IMG/VR virus record: IMGVR_UViG_3300032038_000001
Span: 96,001 to 160,000 of that record
Strand: one strand, 5' to 3'
Length of the DNA stretch: 64,000 nt
Origin: a virus
Lineage: Duplodnaviria > Caudoviricetes
Shown: positions 57,178-64,000 of the stretch, piece by piece
How positions within the stretch are numbered: position 1 is the first letter of the stretch
Layout: each line of letters starts with the position of its first letter
The notes under the pieces: generated by a model
Told to the model about the DNA's origin: nothing
Database searches by the model: none
The model's input: only the letters and a program-made list of their open reading frames with translations
Program-made: the position numbers and the translations under genes

Positions 57178-60100
57178 TACGTATACACCTCCAACTCATC
57201 TTTTTCTAAGTCATCTTTGACATATTTATCAATTGTCTTTTCTGTTGCAATCTCAATATCCATACCAAGTATTTCGTGTGTAAGTTCATTGAGATGTCCA
57301 ACTGCATAAACTAATTGTGCATTATCATCGCCGTCTTCTGGACCATAAAACGTTAAATCTGGATTAAGGCATAATGCATCAATATATGCTGAACGTCTTG
57401 CATATGCATTTGGCTCATCGCTGTATGTTGCATTAGTTGGTGATGTAATATATTGGTTATATATATCAGTATACCAATCTAATAATACTAATAACGAAAA
57501 TTGTGTTATATCAGGATTAACAAATGTTTTTGGTATCAATTCTTCATAATAGAACATATCAAAGATATAATAGATATATTTATCTGTAATTCCTGGATAT
57601 TCTTCTTTTTCTTCATCGTTAGTATTTTCACCAATTATCATATCGTCTTCTTTATTATTTTCGATTACAAAATCTAAAAGCTTTCGCTTCTCTTCTTCTG
57701 TAACATATCTTTTTTTAATCAGTTCATCTATACTGAAAAAGAATTGTTTTTCAGTATAATTAACACCATAATATTCATAATCTCGTTCTTTTTCAAAGAT
57801 TAATAAATTATATGATGACTTAATATTGACAAATTTAATAGTCCATGGGTCAATTGTAATAACATTGTTCAAACTTAATTTTCTACCATTTAAATATACG
57901 TCATAGTACCGTATATCAAACGGTTTATTGATTATATTTCTTAAGTCAAAAAGTTCATTAGTCGGTGATATATCTTCTTGATAATATATTTGAGTATATC
58001 TATACGGACTTACATCAATATATATAACATCATCCTTATGCATTTCATATATGAAACGTATCCTAGGATAATGATACATTGGATAGAACACATATTTTTC
58101 TCTTGGCATGATACGTCCATTAACATATACTCTGATAAAATCTTTATGGTAACCAAAAGTATTATCTACAAATTCCAGATAGACTTCACCATCACGAGGA
58201 ACAACATAGCGAATACCCTCAGCTGATTTTGATAATCTTATTTTTAATGGTTTACCAACCAACATTTCATCATTAGTCTTAATTTTAAATTTATTAAGAT
58301 TAACAAACCGTAACCTTTTTTCAGCACTACCATTTGATGTTTTAAACTCTCCGTAGTTATTGATAACTTTAATATCAAAAAATGATGGATCATATCTATG
58401 AATAATACCAGTATCAATATCATCGTACATAACGAAGTCAGCATTAGTTGGTATTGTATTCGGGTCATTAGATGCAAATGTTATTGTTTTTTCATCATCA
58501 AGTGACTCAAATTCAATTTCTTTATCAAAATAAAATCTATTTACATATTCAATTTCAATAAAACTGTTCTCAGTAATAAATGATTGTGGAATATATAGAT
58601 ATTCAGCAAATTCATTACGTTTTTGAATAAGGTCTTTCATAACAAATAAGCCATCAATAAAAACACGAATATTAACATGATGGTCATCTTCCTCATTGTT
58701 AAGTAAACTGAATACGTAACAAGGTTTGTCAAATATTATAGGATTAATATCATCAGGAAATTCCTCAGTAGTATCTTCTCGTATTCTAGACTCAAGATCT
58801 ATCGTATTAGTAAAGATATATGCTGAGACGCCTTTCTTCTTTTGTTCCATGACATAATCCCTAAGGATAAATGGTTCATGTTTTATAAAGTCAATTAATA
58901 CTTCACTTTTATATTCAACAGATTTACCATTCCATATATTAACTTTATGGTCGTTAAAATTATGGATTAAATCCAAATCTTTATATCTATGAATATAACT
59001 ATAATATGTCAAAATATGAAGTAACATATCATAGAAATCTTCTTGATCTTCACTATCAGGATAGAGAATTATTTCTCCTCTATATAATTTATCTACATTC
59101 TCTTCAAGATTTGAAAGTAAATTATCACATTTTAATGATAAAAAATAAAAGAAGAAATCATGAATACACGTATAATGAAGTTTATAACCATGATGATAAA
59201 AATAATATAATTTATATATATCTCCATCTTCTTGCGTTTCATCATTAATGTGATAAAATGTTGGGTAATATAAATCTATATTATCTACATTATGTAAAAT
59301 TTCATATCCCTGTGATGATGCGGGCTTTTTTAAAAGAATACAGTTTTCAATTGGTATGGGCATATTAAACGGCTTGGCCGTTTCTTTATCTTTTAAAATA
59401 CAAGCTATATTAACCTCACCATTAACAGATGTTGCATAATCGTTGCCTGTATAATATATATGCTTATGTAAATCTTTTAAGAAGAAGATTGAGATGTAAA
59501 AAGCAGAATCAACGTTATCAAGTATTTCAGCTATGTCATCTGTTACTGTACCTCTATAACCTTTATCAGTTTTTTCAAGTTCGATAAGCATTGTTCCTGT
59601 TTCATAATTTTTCTTCCTTTTATCGGGTATATGAATACTACAAAACATTATTCCATCATCCGTGGGGAATGGTTTATAAGTTGTAGACTCAGTCGTTGCA
59701 GTAGGTGATTTAATAGTATATGTTTTGGTCATTTCATCGGTGATGATAAATGACTTATTACTATATTCTATTATAGGTTTCTTAACATTGATTCTCTGAT
59801 AATAGATATTATCAACTATCAGAATTTTTAATTTATGTGGATTATATATTCTTTTATCATTTTCAATATTTCTTTCATATTGAAAAATAAAATTACTTGA
59901 CATAGGTAAATAAACCGTTGCATATTCATCAGTTATGAATATATTATAATCCCATATAGTATGATTATCAATTATTATTATCGGAATTTTTTTAAATAAT
60001 TCTGGATGATTTATAATATCAATATATGAAATTTTTGTTTTATAAAATTTACTTTTACGATATTCATTTTCATCACATATATTTATCATTTCTCGACCAA

Positions 60101-60350
60101 TGTCAAAACACGGTTTATATGATTTATCAAAATAAAGCCTATGTAGACCTTTGGTGTTCTCATCACTTTTTATTAAATCTATAGAATATTCCTTATTTCC
60201 TACTAGTTCATGCTGTGTATGAGCTAAATAAGAAAATGAATTATCCCATGTCTTTTTCAATGCTAAATGAGTGGATAATTCACCAAATGAATTATTGACA
60301 AAAGCTCTTCGTATATATTTATATAAGAGCTCAGGTGAATCAATCGACAT
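57177..60350 (-). CDS. large virion structural (baseplate-type) protein
   Basis: repeated VFIDG / VYVNGR / VYLNGRKL beta motifs; late-type promoter at ~60390. Confidence 0.7.
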   Translation of the reverse strand: MSIDSPELLYKYIRRAFVNNSFGELSTHLALKKTWDNSFSYLAHTQHELVGNKEYSIDLIKSDENTKGLHRLYFDKSYKPCFDIGREMINICDENEYRKSKFYKTKISYIDIINHPELFKKIPIIIIDNHTIWDYNIFITDEYATVYLPMSSNFIFQYERNIENDKRIYNPHKLKILIVDNIYYQRINVKKPIIEYSNKSFIITDEMTKTYTIKSPTATTESTTYKPFPTDDGIMFCSIHIPDKRKKNYETGTMLIELEKTDKGYRGTVTDDIAEILDNVDSAFYISIFFLKDLHKHIYYTGNDYATSVNGEVNIACILKDKETAKPFNMPIPIENCILLKKPASSQGYEILHNVDNIDLYYPTFYHINDETQEDGDIYKLYYFYHHGYKLHYTCIHDFFFYFLSLKCDNLLSNLEENVDKLYRGEIILYPDSEDQEDFYDMLLHILTYYSYIHRYKDLDLIHNFNDHKVNIWNGKSVEYKSEVLIDFIKHEPFILRDYVMEQKKKGVSAYIFTNTIDLESRIREDTTEEFPDDINPIIFDKPCYVFSLLNNEEDDHHVNIRVFIDGLFVMKDLIQKRNEFAEYLYIPQSFITENSFIEIEYVNRFYFDKEIEFESLDDEKTITFASNDPNTIPTNADFVMYDDIDTGIIHRYDPSFFDIKVINNYGEFKTSNGSAEKRLRFVNLNKFKIKTNDEMLVGKPLKIRLSKSAEGIRYVVPRDGEVYLEFVDNTFGYHKDFIRVYVNGRIMPREKYVFYPMYHYPRIRFIYEMHKDDVIYIDVSPYRYTQIYYQEDISPTNELFDLRNIINKPFDIRYYDVYLNGRKLSLNNVITIDPWTIKFVNIKSSYNLLIFEKERDYEYYGVNYTEKQFFFSIDELIKKRYVTEEEKRKLLDFVIENNKEDDMIIGENTNDEEKEEYPGITDKYIYYIFDMFYYEELIPKTFVNPDITQFSLLVLLDWYTDIYNQYITSPTNATYSDEPNAYARRSAYIDALCLNPDLTFYGPEDGDDNAQLVYAVGHLNELTHEILGMDIEIATEKTIDKYVKDDLEKDELEVYT

Positions 60351-60473
60351 TATTTTTTCCTCCTCTCATCATATTCTTGACTATTAAGGAAATGTTTCCA
60401 CATTACCTTTCACATAGAAAATGTTGATAAAAACAATGTTTTAATAAAAAAATCCATTGAAAATAAACGAAAG

Positions 60474-61451
60474 GTGGATAAAAATATGGCTTATTTTACC
60501 GAAGGATCGTTACATGATACAGTTCTTTTTAATACTATAAATAAATCATCAAAGGTTATAACAATGATTGGTGAATATATGAAGAGCGGTACTGTAATAG
60601 ATTCATCTTATATCGAAGAACAACTTATTCAGATACAGAAAACACGTATCTCACCATTGGCTGATAAAGTCATAAAAGCATATGAAAAAAAAGATATAAT
60701 CATAGTACACTCAAAAACTATAAAGATACCTCAGCCAATTCCATTTATAATTCTTAAACTTCAAGGAACTATGAAGGCTGTTATCTTTATCAATAACTAT
60801 GGCACACTTATTGAAAATCATAAGGTTGGTAATGCTGTTTACTTAAATACTCCAATGAAAGACCTTTATACTTTAATGGAAGGCGCATATGTCGCATTAC
60901 AATATGCTATATATCCTATAGGTATAACTAAGAATCTGGGTTTAATGAAATTATCAAATTCAATATATACTCAGATGTTTATGCGAATTCTTAATAAAGA
61001 ATATGCAATAAGTATGGAAAAAGAAATAGCAGATAGAATGTCATTTGTTGTATCTAGGTTTTTCTTAGATAATGTATGGGAAAGTGTAAATAAAGATATT
61101 AACACCTCATATGCAATAAATAATATTCTTACTCCAAATAAATCAGATTTAATTCTTATTTCTGAAATGTATAATGAAGCAGCTATAACAAATATAGAAG
61201 AATTAATAGCATTCATGAAAACTATAACAATGAGAGTTGAAAAACTCAATATGCGTTATTTTACTCAATGTTGGCTTAATACATATAAGTCACCTGCATT
61301 ATTTAGTATGGAGTGCTTACCATACTTCTTATTTACAACAGAAGCTGCATTAATAGGTAGCTTTATAGTTAATCAACCAATCTTATCAGATATGTATAAA
61401 AATATCAAGGGAATGAATACATTCTATCTTGAACTGACTAAAACTGTATAA
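60474..61451 (+). CDS. probable virion protein
   Basis: late-type promoter at 60432; YFTE|G site. Confidence 0.65.
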   Translation: MDKNMAYFTEGSLHDTVLFNTINKSSKVITMIGEYMKSGTVIDSSYIEEQLIQIQKTRISPLADKVIKAYEKKDIIIVHSKTIKIPQPIPFIILKLQGTMKAVIFINNYGTLIENHKVGNAVYLNTPMKDLYTLMEGAYVALQYAIYPIGITKNLGLMKLSNSIYTQMFMRILNKEYAISMEKEIADRMSFVVSRFFLDNVWESVNKDINTSYAINNILTPNKSDLILISEMYNEAAITNIEELIAFMKTITMRVEKLNMRYFTQCWLNTYKSPALFSMECLPYFLFTTEAALIGSFIVNQPILSDMYKNIKGMNTFYLELTKTV

Positions 61452-61465
61452 AGGAGGGATATATA

Positions 61466-62107
61466 ATGTCTATAGATCCTTCAAAAAATCCTAATTATAA
61501 TTGTAAACGAGGATGGATAATAAGTATGGATGAAGCTGGGGGATATGTACCTTTCTTCGTACGTGTTCGCTCAGAAGATATAATGTGGACAACAAAAGCA
61601 ATAGATAGATATTATTCATCTATTGAGCGAAACCTACGTAATTTTGGTTATACATATAATGCAGATATCCAAAATCCATCAGCTGAAATGGTTGTAAATG
61701 TTGGTAATTGGACATATTATATTAAACCCAATGGACAATTCAGAGCAAAGTATATTGGTATTCCCAGCACGAGTGATTATTCAATTATCAAAACACCAGT
61801 ATCGCTAGATAGAGATGTTACTGCTGGTGCTAACTTAAGAATAGACCTACCTTTAGCATCTGTAAAATCAGATACCATGATTATAGGTAATATGGATCCT
61901 ATTGGTTCATGTTATACATATTTCAAGGGAGCACGTCATAAATCATATTCAATAGGTAAAATTATTGATACTATCGATATATCAATAAGATGTACATATG
62001 ACTTGGAAGTTGTTTCTGATTTTAATGCACGAGCTATTGATACTATGATTGAAACAGGAGAAGGGGTAGTTGTTTCTATTTATATGGAAGGCACTATCTC
62101 AATATAA
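61466..62107 (+). CDS. probable structural protein
   Basis: RBS aaggaggg; terminator at 62107-62153. Confidence 0.65.
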   Translation: MSIDPSKNPNYNCKRGWIISMDEAGGYVPFFVRVRSEDIMWTTKAIDRYYSSIERNLRNFGYTYNADIQNPSAEMVVNVGNWTYYIKPNGQFRAKYIGIPSTSDYSIIKTPVSLDRDVTAGANLRIDLPLASVKSDTMIIGNMDPIGSCYTYFKGARHKSYSIGKIIDTIDISIRCTYDLEVVSDFNARAIDTMIETGEGVVVSIYMEGTISI

Positions 62108-62152
62108 AATAATAGAGAATGAGCTTTATAGCTCATTCTCTATTATTTTTTT

Positions 62153-63145
62153 TTATCTCCATGTTATTTGATATTTTTTACCATAGCTATCTGTAGCTAT
62201 ACCAGTTGATCTATTAATACTTAATGTTGTTCTTAACGGAAGAGGATAATCTGCTATCTCATTTCCCTCTTCATCAAGCGCATAATAGAAGTAATCTTCA
62301 ACATCATTACTATTAATAGATACATAAATTGTTATATTGCGATTTTCATACTTAAGATATTTTTCAACTTCTTCAGAACGCTCACTGTCAGCAAGGCTTT
62401 CTGATAAACTATCAAAAAGTTCATCTTCTGTAAAATCGCTAATCTCAGTAGGAGAACCAGTTCCTACGATTTGACCTCTTTCGCTAATCATCTTATTAAG
62501 AAGTGAACCTGCAAAATCGCTCATATTTTCTCCTTCACCACCATTACCAAATTCTTTTTTCTGTTTCATGGTAAGTTCAGCAATAAGTTTTTTTGCATTT
62601 ACATTCTTTTCAATAAGTTGCATTGCTAATGCTCGTGCACCGGTTATATTTTCAACTAAATCAGTCATTGTCTTGTTTACGCCACGAGCCGATGATTTAG
62701 AAGATTTCATAGCATCATATTCTTTTTGTAATGTATCTGTGAATCTATTTTGGTCTGCTAATAGATTTCTATATAAATTAAGTTCAGGTTCAAATTCTTT
62801 CGCATAATCAATCAATTCACTTTTTTTCTTTTTCTTCTTCTTTTTCTTTTTACCAAAATCAATATCAAAAATTGAACCACTTGTATATTTAGATTTCTTA
62901 ATTTTAATATCAGATAGTGTATTAAACCATTCATCATCATTATCAAAATAGTTATCTATATCATCATTTTCTTTTTTAGCATCAGATTCATTACTCTTTA
63001 TTATAGAAGATGGTAAAAATGTTCCAGTAGATGCTATATCATAATCTGTCATGTCTTCAACTTCTCTTATCTGATCAAGGATTTTTTGATGTTTTGATTT
63101 TTTATATTTAGGATTAAGGATATCCTCTTCATCATGTTTCGACAT
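62153..63145 (-). CDS. hypothetical protein with poly-Lys tract and coiled coil
   Basis: start set at MSKHDEE after RBS aggagg. Confidence 0.7.
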   Translation of the reverse strand: MSKHDEEDILNPKYKKSKHQKILDQIREVEDMTDYDIASTGTFLPSSIIKSNESDAKKENDDIDNYFDNDDEWFNTLSDIKIKKSKYTSGSIFDIDFGKKKKKKKKKKSELIDYAKEFEPELNLYRNLLADQNRFTDTLQKEYDAMKSSKSSARGVNKTMTDLVENITGARALAMQLIEKNVNAKKLIAELTMKQKKEFGNGGEGENMSDFAGSLLNKMISERGQIVGTGSPTEISDFTEDELFDSLSESLADSERSEEVEKYLKYENRNITIYVSINSNDVEDYFYYALDEEGNEIADYPLPLRTTLSINRSTGIATDSYGKKYQITWR

Positions 63146-63250
63146 ATTATGTAACCTCCTTCTAAATAGATTTATAGTTGTGTTATCAGAACGATTTTCT
63201 ATTCGGAAAAAAACACAGAAATAAACTAAAAAATATAGGAAGTGATTGTT

Positions 63251-64000
63251 ATGAAAATAGATAAGGACAACGCGATGCTTATAGATATCCAGTATATCAA
63301 AGCAAACAGACGTGAAGATCATCCTGACTATTTATATTTAATATGGAAAGATTTAAAAACTGGTGAAAAACATTTACAGGTTATACCAGAACCAATGATT
63401 GATATTTATTTTGAAAAACCTGAATTTAGAAATCATACTTTTTCTAAAACATATGAAAGAGTTGAGCATCTCAATAAAAAGACCGTTAAATATAAAGATA
63501 TTATATTCGAAATAGCTAATGATATGGGAGATGCTGGAAAGAATAGACTCAGAGACTGTTTTACGACAGGAAATTACCGAGGTATTCAAGAATTTTACAC
63601 ATATCCTTATGTTTATGGTGCTGATTATGATATTAGAGCTTGGTATAGATACAAATGGCTTCAGCAAATGGATAATGATAAACCAAAAACAATTAGTAAG
63701 GGGTTTATGGATATAGAAGTTGATTCATTTGAAGCTCCAGGCATGGCTGATGCAACATATTGTCCAATAGACATGGTTACAGTCATTGATATGTCTGCTA
63801 ATCAATCTTATACGTTTGCATTGATTGGTGTTGATTGTGTTGAACATGATATGTCTACGATGACTGTAAAACAAAAAGAACATGAGCTGTATAGACGTTC
63901 GATGTATAATAAGCGAATGGAACAGCAAGAATACTGGTCAACACATGAAGATGAACTTATTAAAGAAGCACATAAGATGTTTGATGAGTCATATCCAGGA
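63251..64000 (+). CDS. family-B DNA polymerase, N-terminal/3'-5' exonuclease part (runs off the window; not in ORF track)
   Basis: open frame from ATG 63251: MKIDKDNAML...YPYVYGAD...KGFMDIEVD (ExoI motif)...CPIDMVTVID. Confidence 0.8.
   Translation, partial: MKIDKDNAMLIDIQYIKANRREDHPDYLYLIWKDLKTGEKHLQVIPEPMIDIYFEKPEFRNHTFSKTYERVEHLNKKTVKYKDIIFEIANDMGDAGKNRLRDCFTTGNYRGIQEFYTYPYVYGADYDIRAWYRYKWLQQMDNDKPKTISKGFMDIEVDSFEAPGMADATYCPIDMVTVIDMSANQSYTFALIGVDCVEHDMSTMTVKQKEHELYRRSMYNKRMEQQEYWSTHEDELIKEAHKMFDESYPG

Noticed and set aside
63374-63928. Three short ORFs in the track at the window end
   Set aside because: They overlap the open plus-strand polymerase frame starting at 63251
1-64000. Alternative genetic code (stop-codon reassignment), tRNA or rRNA genes
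   Set aside because: Long genes are intact in code 11 and end in TAA, TGA and TAG; no cloverleaf or rRNA-like segment was recognised by eye (tRNAscan-SE would confirm)

Overview
This is a 64-kb, very AT-rich segment of a phiKZ/AR9-like jumbo myophage using the standard genetic code. The host is most likely a clostridial Firmicute (GH25 endolysin, BspA-type LRR proteins, strong AAGGAGG/GAGGTG ribosome-binding sites). Core genes seen: two different multisubunit RNA polymerase beta' genes, a beta C-terminal subunit, DnaB and SF2 helicases, an SbcC/Rad50 ATPase, the start of a family-B DNA polymerase, a prohead protease, baseplate/tail proteins, holin-like proteins and an intact polyphosphate kinase 1. 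One beta' gene is long and apparently unsplit (DGDYDGD); the other is an N-terminal beta' subunit (NADFDGD) split into 3 exons by two group I introns, whose splice sites can be read from P1/P10 pairings. The strongest unexplained signal is a ~210-220-bp non-coding element in 4 full copies plus 1 degenerate copy. Each has a promoter-like TA tract, a ~77-nt covarying hairpin, a near-invariant pseudoknot and a hairpin holding the RBS in its loop, and each ends exactly at the ATG of a different unrelated orphan gene, suggesting a portable structured-RNA expression cassette. Other notable items: a hidden -1 frameshift extension of the tail-assembly chaperone, a 40-aa copy of the phage's own DnaB motif inside an unrelated ORF, a 27-nt inverted copy of a neighbouring RBS, a triple NUMOD4-HNH homing endonuclease with a probable ATT start, and four tandem paralogous tail-like genes. 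All calls come from motif reading by eye; no database searches were run.
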